DNA of 64,000 bases from Geosiphon pyriformis uo1 (GCA_016748015.1 JAAOMT010000617.1:974693-1038692), one strand, 5' to 3'. Positions 1-13,403 are shown, counted from the first letter of the stretch. Notes: a model not told the origin generated them from the letters alone. Translations and numbers: made by a program.

Positions 1-2093
1 AATAATTCCAACCCATGAATTCTCTCAATGATACCATTCAGATTCCTAGAGTCAAAAATAAACTCACTAAGAAACAATCTAGTAGACTCAATATTGCCTC
101 TGGTTTCAGCACCAGACATATGCCACAAAGCAATAACACGCTCAATAGTGTCCTCACTTAAAAAAGAAGGCTTAGCAGCTAGCATATCATCATAATCCAT
201 ATCACCAAAGTCAACCTCAGATCTAAGACAAGCAATGTCCTTGGAGACCCCAACCAAGAGATTAGAAAAATTGTTAGCAGCACTTTTCATAGAAATGAGA
301 TCCTTCTCGACCTGAACAGTCTTAGCAGCATTATCATCAAGAAGACGAGACACCAAAGCAACCAAAGAACCAACAGGCTTAACAATAGACTTAACCAGAG
401 CAGCCAAATCCGAAATCTGCTTTTCCAAAGAGTCCAATCTAGAACCAACAGCAGGATCAACAACAGAAGCAGCCAAAGAAGCCACCAAAAGAGGAAACTC
501 AGAAAGACCAGAAGAAGCAGCAGTCTTGGCATATAAAGCAGAATTCACAAAATGAGACTTGAAAACCTTGGGAGTGGGGGGTGGGGAAATCTTGCAATCT
601 ATGGCCAGATGGCCCATTTCTTGACACCTAAAGCAGCGCCGGCAGCCAGGAGTTTCCCACCAGATACGGCATTTCCTTAGAGTACCAGTCTTGACTACAG
701 CAGAATCCAAATCACCTTGAGAGCCAAATGTAACCAAAGCAAACTGGAAATAACGACCAGAATCAGGAAAACGAGGGATGAAACATGTACGACCACCAAT
801 CTGAGAAATCATATCACTGATTTCAAAGGCAGTACAACCAGGGGGAAGGTTGACCAATTTGGCCTTAAACTTATCACAAGACAAAATAGTCTCATTTTGA
901 TTTATTAGAGGGAGAATTCTAACACTATCCTTGTCCACCAAGACTGACCAATGCTTCAAGACAGACATAACAGAGTCCAATTTTTCAAAATAAACCACCA
1001 CATACTGCCAAATGCCAGCAGGCTTCAGCACAACATGAGCGACACTACCAAACACACTAAGAGTCAACTTAATGTCAGCAGCAGACACACCCAAAGGTAC
1101 ATCATGCAGCACAACAGCAGCAGAAGAAGAACCAAATTCAGAAACCACCAAAGACTTGGCAATTTTGAGAGTGGCCAAACGAACAGAGCTTGTAAGCTCA
1201 ACCAGAAACGCAGCTTCCAAAGACTGTTGAGAAGCAAACTCTACACAGAAAAGCTTTACATTGTCTTTTGAAACAGATTTGGCACCCAAAAAACCATGCA
1301 CAGACTGAAAAACAGTCTTAACATAAGCCAATTTGGTCTTGAAAATAGCACCAGGCACCAGAGTGGAGGCCACCTACCCAGCAAATCTTTGATGACTAGT
1401 AATAGTTTTCCAAGCACCACCAAAAGTAACACCAGAAACTAGAGAAGGAGATAAATCAGTTTCCATTTAATCAGCCCAGTTCTCAAGAACAGGTGACCCA
1501 ACAGGAGGAGATTGTTTTGCTTCTAAAACCAGCAATAATCTACTGGAAAACACCACATTTAGCAACACAACCAGTGGTTGATCTTGGCCCATCTTAGATG
1601 ATGTGCCAAATGATGCTACTGAGATCTCATCTAGGATCTCATTGGGAACCACAAAGGGGTTCGGTGTAACAATAGCAGAGGCAAGCAACTGCCCCCACTT
1701 TTCTGAACTTTTGGTCTTTTTGACCATTTTTTTTGAAGAGGTGGTGCCAGAAGCACCAGATATTGAGTCTATAGAGGGGAAGACCAGCTTATTTACTGGT
1801 CTATTATTAAAAACTTTTGGGCTCTTAGTCAGGGTGGAGGCAATACTGGAACTAATCCAAGTGTGTCTCTTTGAAAGAACTTTGACTGGTGAAAAACCAG
1901 CCAAAGATGGGGAAGTTGATTCAGTAGCTACCAAAGGCAGCTTTTCACGATTACTGGGTAAGAGGAAGGCTTCTAAAATGTTTTGCCTAGTTGCTTCTAC
2001 AACAGAAAGAGCTTCTCTGGTTGAAATTTTATTAGATATCTTAGGACAGATATCAGATGCAGCCTTTTTACTCTTAGCTCTAGTTGTGGTCAT
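1..2093 (-). pseudogene. Disrupted ORF1/gag-like protein (S/T/K-rich N-terminus, RRM-like repeats, CCHC knuckle, coiled coil)
   Basis: Starts MTTTRAKSKKA. CX2CX4HX4C knuckle CFRCQEMGHLAIDC near 595-636. Homologous to LINE ORF1 segments (KLAHVKAVFQSVHGFLG in copy 2 vs KLVVVRKLFSKVNGFEG). In-frame stops present. Confidence 0.8.
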
Positions 2094-2185
2094 AAAATTA
2101 AGGAGACAAAGAGTAATAGTTTTTTTTTCCTTTCAAAATATGACTCTTTTTCAAGAATTTGGGATGAAGGAGAGAAAGAGTTTTT
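1..2185 (-). mobile_element. ORF1-only (half-LINE-like) retroelement, copy 1; runs off the window start
   Basis: Colinear with 26160-29327 along the whole ORF. Its 5' end (revcomp aaaactctttctctccttcatcccaaattc) matches the 5' end of the full-length LINE at 52488. The 3' end lies outside the window. Confidence 0.8.
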
Positions 2186-2921
2186 AAACAGTATTTTGGT
2201 ATTTATGATAAAATTTTTAAATTAAAATTTGTTAATATTTGACAATATATTATTGTTTATTTTAAGTGTTTTAATATAATTACAGCTATTTTAATATGTT
2301 AATTGGTTTTAATAAGCAAAAATAGTTAAAAGTTTTTTTTATAAATTAAAAAAAATTACTTTTTTTTATAATATGTTTAAAACTAAATTAATCAATTTTT
2401 TTTGGTTGTTTAATCTTTAAAATTAATAAATTAATTTTTTAAGTTGGTAGTTGTGTTTATTTTATTTTTAATTTTTCTGATTTTATAAATAATTTTAATA
2501 TATAATTGTTATTTTTGGTTTTAAAAATAATCTAAATACTATTGTTATTAGAATTAATATTTTAAAAAAGTATTATATCTAATAAAAAATATTTAGTTAA
2601 TAATATTTTTAATATTAAAATTTTAATCATTTGGCTTTAAATTATAAAATTTTTTTTTCTTAGATTTTTGTTTTAATTTATTGCTTCAAAATTTTTAATT
2701 TGTATTTTGTTAAAATTAAATTTTATGATATAGTTTTTGTTTGTGTTTTATTAAATTCTTTTATTAATAGTTTTTAGTTACTATTATTAAAAATTTAATA
2801 AATTAAATCAAACTGAACTTTAAATATTGTTTAAATTTAATTTAAATTATAAACTAAACTTGAACCAAACCAAATTTTGATAAATTTATTATAGTTATAT
2901 TATTAAACTTATCTTAAACAG

Positions 2922-3784
2922 TATTACAGGTGATTATTTGGGGTCTCAAAGCAAATAACAAACTTGTAACTTGGTGTTAATAGCTAATATAATTGTTATG
3001 ATTTGAAGGTTTTGGTTGTTTGAAAGTTTTGGTTGTCTGAAGATTTAAGTTGAGTTCTTTGTATAATGAACAAAGATTCAATAGTTGTTTTCAGTAGTTT
3101 CTTGGAATCACAATTCTGTCAATTTTTTTCTCAGCTTGGTGGCCGGCAATTTTTTAATAAGCAATTCATATTTCTTACATGTTTTACTCACTTGTAGAGG
3201 TCTTTTACCAGACAATCTTTAATGTCAATAACTTAGTACTTTAATTTTTAATTAATTAATTAAACAACAAAAAATAACAAAAATAAAAGAAAATAAAATA
3301 AAAGAAAGAAAGAAATAAGTCAAGACAATGAATGTTAATATTCTGTTAATAGTCATTATTAAAAGCTATTGTTCCAATGTAGTTAAGTATCAGTTATTAT
3401 CAATATAAAGTGTTGATAGTAGAAAGTGAATTAAGATAACAAATAATTATTTATTGATATTTGTGAACTAGAAGATTGCTTAAATAAAATCTAAACTGAA
3501 AGGTCTGTCTTTTTTACTTCTAATGCTACTATTATATATACATAATTGAGATTTCTTAATTCCTTAATTCTTTATATCAGAAATCCTAAAATTCCTGGAA
3601 TCCTGTAATTTTTTTGAGAGAAATTTTAGAATTCTGGAATCTTGCAATTTCTTATACAAGAATCTTAAAATTTCTGGAATTTTGTAATTCCTTTGAGAGA
3701 AATCCTGGAATTCCACATTTACTACATCCACTTTTGATTGGCTAATTTATATACTAATATATTTTTTATATTCTATAAATAACA
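2922..3784 (-). repeat. 3' LTR of Gypsy-1
   Basis: Direct repeat of 13404-14259. Adjacent to the complement of a purine tract at 3785-3799. Confidence 0.95.
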
Positions 3785-3797
3785 TTATTTCTTTTTT

Positions 3798-4250
3798 TTA
3801 ATATTGAGCTCTGTCAAGATCTCTGAACTCTCCTAATTCTCTTTTCTTGATTATTTTTTGAACTTCTTTTTCAAGAATTACTTGTGTTATTTTGGTCTGT
3901 AATTTTTTAAATTGGGTATTTATTTAATTAGTAGTAACTGTATTCATTACTGTATTGAATAGTACTTTTGGTTGGTCTTGAAATCTGGCATATAATCAAT
4001 AGATGGCTTTTGCTTGTATTGTTAAATTGTTCTTTCCCACAAATTGTTCAAGTTATTATAATATTCTTGAATTGAATAATCACTTTGTCTTATCTATATA
4101 TAAGTTCTGGATATTCAAATATTGTCCCAAGTGAAAATAACAAAAGTTTTTTGGAAATTGTTGTATCTACCAATTCTATGTTTCTATCATTATCTCTTGA
4201 TATGGTACACCTTCTGTTTGTATTTTTATTGCTGTTTTTACTTTTGTTAT
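3798..4250 (-). pseudogene. ORF3 of Gypsy-1, unknown function
   Basis: Manual translation: FCYFHLGQYLNIQNLYIDKTK*LFNSRIL**LEQFVGKNNLTIQAKAIY*LYARFQDQPKVL...DLDRAQY*. Aligns with ORF3 of the other two Gypsy elements. Start position approximate. Confidence 0.7.
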
Positions 4251-7200
4251 TATTTTGTCAATGGTGTTTTCTGGTTTTCTTTGTTCTCTGTTTTGAGATC
4301 TCTTCTTTGTATTTTTATATCAAATAATTTGTTGGTTAATGGTAATTTCTATATTTTGTTGTTGAATCAGTTAGAAGAGTTGTTGTGTCAGTATGTGTAT
4401 ATCATTAGTAATTTCCATTTTTCTGGTATCTTTTGTCACATATACTGTGTTTTTATATACTCCTTTGGTTTGTTCAATTTAACATGTTTGGTTTAATAAT
4501 TATGATTGGTTTCAGATCTCATAGAATTTTATCTAATTGGATTAGTATTCATTGTATTTTCAGTTGTGGAATATTATTGGTGGATAATAATACTATATGG
4601 TAATATGGTTTCAGTCGATCACTATGTGCTGTTTTGGTTAAGATTTTATTGTCTCATCTTAATTTATAAACTCTATTTCCAAGAATTTTTTCTATGTGAA
4701 ATGGTTTGTCCTATTTGGGATCAAATTTTTTACTCCATTGTTTTTCTACTTTGGTATGATATAAAAATACTTTGTCTCCAATCTTAAATTCGACTGGTTT
4801 GTCTGGTAGTTGGTTATTATGTCTTTTTTTTTGTTTTTTTTGTAACTTTTGGATGTTATCAGCTGCTTTTTGTCATTTGTTTTCTAGTGTTTCTATTAAA
4901 TCATATGTTTTTTTCAACAATATTTCTTGGAAATTTTTTTTTGTTATTGGTTTTGTTGAATATGCGTTAACTTTTATTTTAACTGGTAGTATTGCTGTTC
5001 TACAATATACTAATTTAAATAGTGTTGCTTGTGTAGTGTCTTGTTTTATTGTCCAATAAGCAAATAATACTAATAGTATAAACAAATCTTATTTGTCTTG
5101 ATTTTTTTGGCTGATTTTGGCAATTGTTTTACACAATGTTCTATTGAATCTTTTAACTAAGTCATTGGTTTGTGGATAATATGGTAATAATAATGGTCTT
5201 TTGATTTCAAATCTTTGACTTAATTTTGCTAATGTTCTATTCACAAAGTAAGTTTTTTGGTTGGATAGTAATTCTTTTAACAAATCAAACCTTGATGAAT
5301 GAATTTGGCAATAAATTCTGCATCTGTTCTTTGAATTGCTTTTGCTTCTGGCCATTTTGTGAGATAGTTCATAGCTACTGTAATGTATCTGTTATCTCTG
5401 CTGATGATTATTAGTGATCCAACTAAATCAATTCTAATTCAATCAAATGGTTGCCTTACTTTGATTGGTCTCAATAGTTCATTGGGTCTTGTTTTTTCTC
5501 TTCTCTGACAAGCATCACAATTTTGAACATATTAGATAATGTTTGGATATATAGATGGCCAGTAATATCTTTTTTTGGTTCTTTCTATTGTTGCTTCTTT
5601 ATAAAAATGTCCTGCTGTTGGGTCTGAATGTATATTGAATAATATTGTCTCTTTCTCTGATTCTGTAATTACTCTGGTTAGTTGATTTGGATTCTTTCTG
5701 TTTTTTTGATAAAGTATATTTTGGTGAGTAATAAAATATTTATATTGTTGTTTGATATAGCTTTGTTTTTTTGGAGATAATTTCTTCTTAAACTGCTGGG
5801 TATTAATATAGTGTTGAAATTGTTGATATTTTTGTATATTTATTTTTTTTTATATTTTTGGGTTAAAATGTTCTTAGATTTGTCTTATTCACAACAAACC
5901 ATTGGCATTTTCGTTTTCTTTTCTCTTTTTGTAATATACTGTATAATTAAATAGTGAAAGTTTTATTTTCTATCTAGCATGGCAATTATTTCTAAATTTT
6001 TGCTTTTGGATTGAAGTCAATTCTTTATAATCAGTATATACATCAAACTTTTAACTCAAGTATTCTTTCTATTTTATAATTGTCCAGTAAATGGCTAAGT
6101 GTTTTAATGCTGAAGTTCCATAGTTCTTTTCAGTTGGACTTAAGTTTCTGCTAGCATAAGCTATTGGATGTTCTTATCTATCCAGTTTTTTTTGAGATAG
6201 TACAGCTCTTAATACTTAACCAGATACATCAGTGGTAATAATAAATGGTTTGTTGTAATTTGGATAAATTAATACTGGAATTTGAATAAGTTTTCTTCTC
6301 AGTGTGTCAAAAGCTTTTTGTTAAGTTTCAGTCTATTCATATTTGGTGTTTTTTATTTGGAGTTGGTGTAATGGTTGAGCTATTTTGAAAAAGTCTTTGA
6401 TGAAATAGCAGTAATATTCAGCAAATCTCAAGAATGTTCTTAATTCTGTGAGATTATTTGGTACTGAAAAGTTCTTAATAATCTCAATCTTATCTGGATC
6501 TGTTTTAATATTGTTTTTGCTTACAACATATCCCAAAAATTTTAATTCCGTTTTGCCAAAGAAGCATTTGGTGGTATTCAACTTTAATCTGGCTCTTCTT
6601 AGTCTTCCAAATACTTGTTAGAGATAGTGTAAATGATCATTAAATGTTTTGGAAAACACATTGGTATTATCTAAGTAAACAACTACTGATTTCTACAGTA
6701 GTCCAGTATAGACAATTTCCATGAGCTATTGAAATATGGCTGGTGCATTCATTAAGTCAAAAGACATAATTTCAAATTTGAAATTTCTTTTTCATGTTGT
6801 AAAAGCTGTTTTCTCCTTATCTTTTGGTTTCATGGCTACTTGCTAGTAATTACTGTCTAAGTCTAAAGTTGAGAACCATTTCTTTCCTTTAAAAGTGTCA
6901 AAAAGTTTTTGGATTTTTGGAGTCAGGTAGCTATCTCTTTTTGTTACTTCATTCAGTTTCCAATAATCCACATAAAAGCAGATTTTCCTATTTTTCTTAC
7001 AGATTAGTACTATAGATGACAATCATGAACTCATTAATGGTTGGATTAACCCATTGTCTAATATCCAGTTAATTTCTTGTCAGATGATTTCATGGCTTGC
7101 TAGTAGTATTTAGTATGTTCTTTGTTTAATTGGCATTGTATCTCCAGTTTTGATCTGATGTTGAATAATATCAGTTCTGCCAAATTTGTTCTTGCTGGCA

Positions 7201-7702
7201 AAAATGTCATTAAAGTTGTTTAGTAACATCATAAACTGCATATGTTGTAATGGATCTAAATTTTCTAAGTTTATCTGTTTCAATTGTTCTGGTTAGAGCA
7301 AATAACATTCTTCTTATTTATATATTATTTGTGATGTGATATCTACATATTCACACAGTTGTGGAAAGTCAGGAATGAGGTTTGGTGATTGTTTTTCAAC
7401 TTCAGTGCTTAAATATTCTATAGTAGTTCTTTTTGGTATCTCAAAAACATCTTTTGTTGTATTGTAGATAAGAATTTTAATATGTTTCAGGCTTTTGACT
7501 GGTATGTAAAGATTGGTAAGTCCAATCTTTTCTGATTTACACATAGTAGTTTCTGCTTTAAAAATCTGAGCTTGATTCTTTACTCTTCTTTCTATAGCTA
7601 ACATGTACTGGTTATATGATGAAATGGAAATTAATTGACAGGTGAAAATAATTTCTTCCTTGTCAATAAATTTTTTTTTTGTCATATTAACTGATACATC
7701 TA

Positions 7703-8135
7703 TTCTATTTATAGATTCAAATCCATTAATCTCTCTTGCTGTTATTCCTAATTCTTCTCTTTTTTTTACTGACACTAATTGAGCTATTTTAACCAGAGGC
7801 AAAAATATTGTCTGTGCTATCTTTTTATTTGGCTCTATGATATAGGTTTTTTCTGAGTCATTTTGTAGCATTGCAATAATATTTTCTATATATTCTGTAT
7901 CAATTATTTCTCTTCTGATATTGATTTTTTTTTTTGCTAAACTACTCCTAGATGCTAATTGAACCATTGTTGTTGCTGAGATTTCTAGTGCTATTTTGAA
8001 ATCAATATAGGTGTACAAATGTGGTTTTAATTTTATGACTTCTTTTCTTGAATATCTTAGATCAAATCCTGCATCAGTATCATGTGTGCATTTGGGCATA
8101 ATACCTTCATTATTATTGTTGAACCATTTAAGTTT
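7703..8135 (-). other. dUTPase domain in Gypsy-1 pol
   Basis: Trimeric dUTPase motifs: DAGFDL (I), ASRSSLA (II), IIDTEYIENI (III, decayed), IAQTIF (IV), REINGFES (V, decayed). Confidence 0.88.
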
Positions 8136-11100
8136 CTGTTTCTTAGAAAGATCAGAAAGTGCAATATATTGTTTTGGGTTTGAATCAGAGTCTGAACTAT
8201 TGTTATCTTTATTGCCATTTTGGACAGAGCTGGAATCATTATTTTCATTGTCATTATTGTCAGAGTTTGAATTGGAATTGAACTGTGATTCCAATTCTAT
8301 TTTGCAGCTGCTGATTGGTTCTTCTTTCTCTGAAATCATGTAGATCATGCGTGGTGGTGGATTGTAAATGAGATCACATTTATTACAATATTGGAAGTCA
8401 CATAAAATTAAACAGTAATCATATAGTCAAGTATTGATTTCTTTCAAGCATTGTTTTTGCTTTTTTTTTGTAAATGCTAATTCTTGGTAGTGTTTGTGGA
8501 ATTGTTTTGGGTCTATAGAATCTAAGACAATATCTGAATTTGGGTCCCAATTGAGTTCTATGGGTTCTGATGGGTTGTTTTTAATCACCCTTATTTCTTT
8601 TGGTGACACTTCTTTGATCTTGGTGAGTGCCATGTACCATATTTTGTTATTATCATGTGGACAATTGTCTAGCTATTTGACTGTTCTCCTTCAGACAGCT
8701 TCTATAGGAGTCTTTTTTCTCACTCAATTACTGATTAGAATCATGTATTGGCATAATTCATTACAAGTTCCTTCTCATCCAGGAATGTTATTCCATATTT
8801 CTTCATCCAACAAAGTCTTTTCACATGCAAAGCATGGTTCATTATTCCATTTTTTTTGTTTTTTTGGTTAACCAAACCATTTAATAATACAAAGATAACA
8901 ATAGAATTTTGTTGCTGTTGGGTATTTTTTATTATCACTATAGCATGCACCTATTAATAACAATTTTTTATTACAATCAATGCATTTCAGTTTCAATTAG
9001 CAATAATTAGACAGTTGTGATATGATATAAATATATAATATATAAGTTGTAATGATTGCTAGTGCTGGCTCTTTTTTTTCTTTCCCTTTTGAAGTTCTTT
9101 TCACTTTCAAATTGGTGTCAGCTCATTCTGATTGTTACTAGTCCACAATAGTTAATTATTATTTCAGATAAGTTTTTCTTTTTGCTTTCTCTTTCTTTTA
9201 TTGTCTTATAAAGATATGAGTAATAGTTTATTGTATTTGTCATTGGCCCATGAAACTTGGTAGACTTTTCAGATAGATTTTTTTTTTCAAGCTTGATTAG
9301 TGGTGCTAGAGTATAAGTGGTCTTGAAATAATCACATATGACAGGTACATATGTGTGTTGTCTATTTTGACTGAGTTGGAGCTTTTGTGTAATTTAATTA
9401 AACACTGCATTGGTTTTGGACAACCAGTCATTGCTGACAAATACTTGGTATTAAGTGGCTTTTATTACTAAGACTTTAATGAGAATGATGATGTCATTAA
9501 TTTCAAATGAAAAGTCATTAATTTTGCCTATAGAAGTTTTGGTTGCTCTATCAGCTGTAATAATTCTGGTGCTGGCTGTGCAATTAACTTGGTGACCTAA
9601 TTGGTTCATGAGTTGTTATGTGATGATGCTGTCTGCTGATTCACTATCAAAAATCAGTTTGATAGATTGACCATCAACTTTGGTATTTGTATACATTGTG
9701 GTGATGGGTTTCATATCAAGGATAGTTTTACTAAAAAGAAATACTTTGGTTGGTTTTTCGATCTCAAAGGGAAAAATTGTTGCTAATAATTTGTTATTGG
9801 TAATAGTTGCTGGTGGAATGTTGTTGGTACTTGGTTTTGGGTTGATTTACAAATTGTTGGATGAGATTTCTTCTGGGATAGCCAGGAGACTTAAATAGTT
9901 CTGAGAACTTGAGTTTTGAGTGTACCTAGATCCCAAATTTCTTAGACATAATCCTGAGGGTTGTTGGAATGTGTTAAGGATTAGTTAATGAATAATTATC
10001 ACCAATTTTTAGTTTTGTTGGATGGTTCTCAGCCTTTAATTTCTATTGGGCACAGTCATTTGTGATGGTGCTTGAATGAGTTAAGGTTAATAAATTAATT
10101 GTGGCTGCAGTAGTTGATATATTATGAGTATTGCTAGTTGATATATTGAAGATACATATATTGGTTATTGCATTATTTGGGTGTAATTAAGTTAATACTA
10201 ATCTTGATTTGGGTAATAACTCGGGGTTTGAAACCTGCAATTAAGGTTTTGGTATTGATTTTCTGATCATGAATTATTGCTATAAACTTAGCAGTTAGCT
10301 CTAATATAACTTTGTTTACCACAATTGTAGCAAACATACATCTCTGATTGCCAAAATTGATTGGTCACTAATAATAGTTGTGCCTAATTTTGGAAATGAT
10401 TTGAGTTTCCTGAATTATTGCATTGTTGTAGAGGTTGATAAATGACTTAATTGTTAGCTAAATATTTCACTAATTTCTAATTGATTGAATCACTGAACTG
10501 CTTCAATTTGGAATTCAGGTCAGATGATCTATTTATTACTAGATTCATGGCTTGGGTGTGGTTGATTTCTAATTCAGCTGCTTCAAAATTTTGGATGTAA
10601 ATAACTGCTGCTTGAAGATCTGCTGAGTGTAATAGACATATGCATTAAAAAATGCTACTGTGCAAATCTTTAATGAATTGATTTAAAATTTGTGGCACTG
10701 TAAAATAATTAGCTTGTATTGTCTAGATTTGGTGCACATTCTTGTGAAAGCATCCTAGGTAAGTAGTAGTTGCTTCAGTTTTTCCTTGCTTAATGGTAGT
10801 AAAAATATTGGTTAGATAATTAATACTATTATTGTTGCTAAAATATTGTAGAAACTCAAGCTTGAATGCATTAAAATCTTGAGGTTTGTTGGCCAAGCTT
10901 TGATACCACAAGTCAGCAGTATTTTAAAAAAAGTATGGGATAGTTTAGAGTGCTCTAGTGTCGTTCTATCTATTGGCTGCAATGGCTTTTTTAATATTGT
11001 TTAACCATACTTGTGTATTATCTTCTTTGCCAGTAAATTTTTCAATTTTGGTGATTGGTACATAGGTCATTGGTTGTTATTGTAATAGTTGTTGAAGTGG

Positions 11101-11888
11101 TTGTTGTGGTTGTTGTTAAGGTAATACTTGCAGCTATTGAATTGGTTCAACAATCAGTTCAATTAGTGACTGATTAATCATGATTACTGAAGGTAAGTGT
11201 TGCTGATTAATAATGTTGAGGTTTAGATTGTTCTGATTTTCTTGAGTTTAAATATTCAGGATTTGATTTTCTGGGTTTTTTAGAATTGGGTTTTGGTAAT
11301 TAAATTCCTGATCCTTGGTTTCTTCCTCTTCTGATTTTGTCACTTCCCAAGGACTTGCAGTTCCAAAATCTGGTTGAAGTGGTAGTAATTGAAATCCTGA
11401 TGATATTGGTGATTATGATTTAAATTCTTCAAAATAATTGCTGTAGGTTTCTAATAATTCTGTTTTCTTTTGTTTACTTTGAAATAGGAGTTAAACTAAT
11501 AATGGTTTTGTATTTGAGGTGGATATGCTTGGTGATAAAATATTGATGGCACTTCTGGATGTATAGTGGTATGATAGATTGGTTGGAAATTCTATTCTTG
11601 TTTTCTTTTAAGTAAATGGTTGTATTCTTTGAGGTGTTATTGCTAGTGTTTGTAGTTTTCTTTTGTCTTTGTTTGTGTAAGTAATTGGATATCTTTGTTG
11701 AGTGTAATGTTTAATTTCTTTATTAATTTCAGTGAGGATTGCTGGGAAATTATAATTTGCTGGTAGACTGGTATTTTAAATTAATTCATTGTAAAAATTT
11801 TCTCTTGTGAAGTCGGTTTCTACTGGTACTCTTAGCAAATATGAGATTCTTTTGTTAACATAAAAATTGAATGCTGATTCTGCTAATA

Positions 11889-13241
11889 CAGGGGGGTATA
11901 AAAAGTATTGGATACTTTTATAATATGTTATATAAAAGAACTAACTTATGAATTGTTAATTTTTTATTATTATATTAAAATACATATTAGTATTTTGTTT
12001 GACTCTTATTTGCTTTAAGAATAGCTTGAACTTGACATGACATAGACTTGATCAAATTATGATAGTAATTTACAGGTATTGCATCTTATTCTTCTTTAAT
12101 CTACTATTCCAATTGTATAATATTTGAGAGTTGTAAATTACATTGACAAATTTTAACTTCAATATATGACCAAAGATTTTCTATTGGAGTAATATCAAGA
12201 CTTTGTGTTGGCCAAAGAATTAATTCAACATTTAAAGAGGTAAGAAAAGAATGCATGACTTTTGATGTGTGAATTGGTACATTGTCTTCCTGAAAAAAAA
12301 ACTTTTTTTTAGTTTTTTTTGCATGAAGTTTTACTGTAGAAATTGCATAATTAGCCAAGATTTTATGGTATATAACTCCAGTAATATGACCAACCAAAGG
12401 AACTAAAGGACCCAAACCAACTCATAAAAAACATTCCCAAAACATGTGACCAAAGGTTTTTCTAACTGTGGCTATAATACAATCCTTATGAAACTCTTTG
12501 GAAGATTTATGTCATACACGTTCAAATCTTATAGTCCTAAATTATGTATATATAGATTCATTTGACCAAAACTCATTTAAAATCTTTTACTGTCCAATTT
12601 TCATAAGTACAAACCTATTGTAAATGTTTTTCTTTATTTAATTTGGAAATTAATGGCTTGAGATAAGAAATGCACAAGCAAAGTCTTTTTTGAGCTAATC
12701 CATTTCAAATAGTTTATATAGAAATAAATTTGTTGATATCTTTAATAAAATTCAATCATATTTGAGAAAGAGTTTGGCAGCAGGTTTCTTTATTCTCCAT
12801 TATTAAATATTTGAGTTGTTTACATACATGTTTGTCAAGAATTTGTGGTTGGCCTGTTCATTTTTTAGGAAGTTTTTTTAGCTCATATGACTTCTATACA
12901 CATATTACAGAAAAATGTGAACATTTAATAGTCATAGAAATCTTACTGTTTGTATGTCCTAACTTTATTGCTGAAATAATCTCTCCTTTTTGGTATTCAG
13001 AAAGTTTTTTTCCAAGACATATTTGATGTAATAAATTTTTTCATGACAAAAATGTTTGATATTTTATATATACACATATAATCTATTGTTGTGTTTTAAA
13101 AAGATACAATTTATGTTAATTTGTAAATTATAACTATAAGTAATTATAAAAAAAATTATGGCTTAAATTGGTAATAGTATTATTATATATAGTCTTTTTT
13201 ATATATTATATTAAGTGTCCAATACTTTTTATACCTCTCTG
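11889..13241 (-). mobile_element. Tc1/mariner DNA transposon inserted in the Gypsy-1 gag
   Basis: About 29-bp TIRs (CAGGGGGGTATAAAAAGTATTGGATACTT / AAGTGTCCAATACTTTTTATACCTCTCTG). TA TSD at 11887-11888 and 13242-13243. The gag frame rejoins when the element is removed. Confidence 0.95.
11987..13020 (-). pseudogene. Tc1-family DDE transposase, disrupted
   Basis: Starts MSWKKLSEYQKGEII (HTH-type). Contains FFFQEDNVPIHTSK...WPTQSLDITPIENLW (Tc1 DD..E signature) and ends ...ANKSQTKY*. Confidence 0.92.
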
Positions 13242-13386
13242 TAGATAATTTTTAATTAATCCCAAATGTTAACAGTAGTATTGGAATAAAGATTTGGCAA
13301 ATTCTAGATGGTTTGTTCCTATTTTTTTTGGTTCTGCTACTTTTTGATGGTTGTTAGTTGGTACTAGTTTTCTGTAAAATTATACC

Positions 13387-13403
13387 TTACAGGGAGCACC
13401 AAA
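13387..13403 (-). promoter_or_regulatory. Primer-binding site of Gypsy-1
   Basis: Sense TTTGGTGCTCCCTGT immediately after the 5' LTR, complementary to a tRNA ending ...GGGAGCACCA. The tRNA identity (Ile-UAU or elongator Met type) is not established. Confidence 0.8.

Larger units (their letters stand above)
4474..13340 (-). pseudogene. Gag-Pol polyprotein of Gypsy-1 (gag, CCHC, protease, Cys-rich region, dUTPase, RT, RNase H, integrase), interrupted by Tc1
   Basis: ORF fragments: gag WYQSLANKPQDF (10723-10911), dUTPase (7314-8348), RT/connection KCFFGKTELKFLG (6333-6581), integrase YYPQTNDLVKRFNRTL (5089-5355). Confidence 0.92.

Noticed and set aside
287-532. Very hydrophobic Leu/Trp-rich ORFs (also 4085-4787 and 27664-27873) resembling membrane peptides
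   Set aside because: These are alternative-frame or antisense shadows of T-rich TE coding sequence.
1603-2187. Long antisense ORF open in both ORF1-only copies (also 26099-26659), a possible ORF0-like gene
   Set aside because: It lies in the antisense frame that shares wobble positions. Stops there require Tyr, His or Gln codons in the sense ORF, which are scarce in this S/T/K-rich region, so openness is expected from composition.
2800-2875. Decayed AACCG-like subterminal repeats of a DNA transposon
   Set aside because: Too short and degenerate. No TIR, TSD or transposase supports it.
3545-3715. Regularly spaced repeats suggestive of a CRISPR array (also 28900-29055 and 56541-56620)
   Set aside because: They are tandem degenerate units with no unique spacers, lie inside LTR U3 regions, and have no cas genes nearby. 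The context is eukaryotic.
7314-8348. Stand-alone host dUTPase gene
   Set aside because: It is embedded in the pol of an LTR-bounded element and present in all three Gypsy copies.
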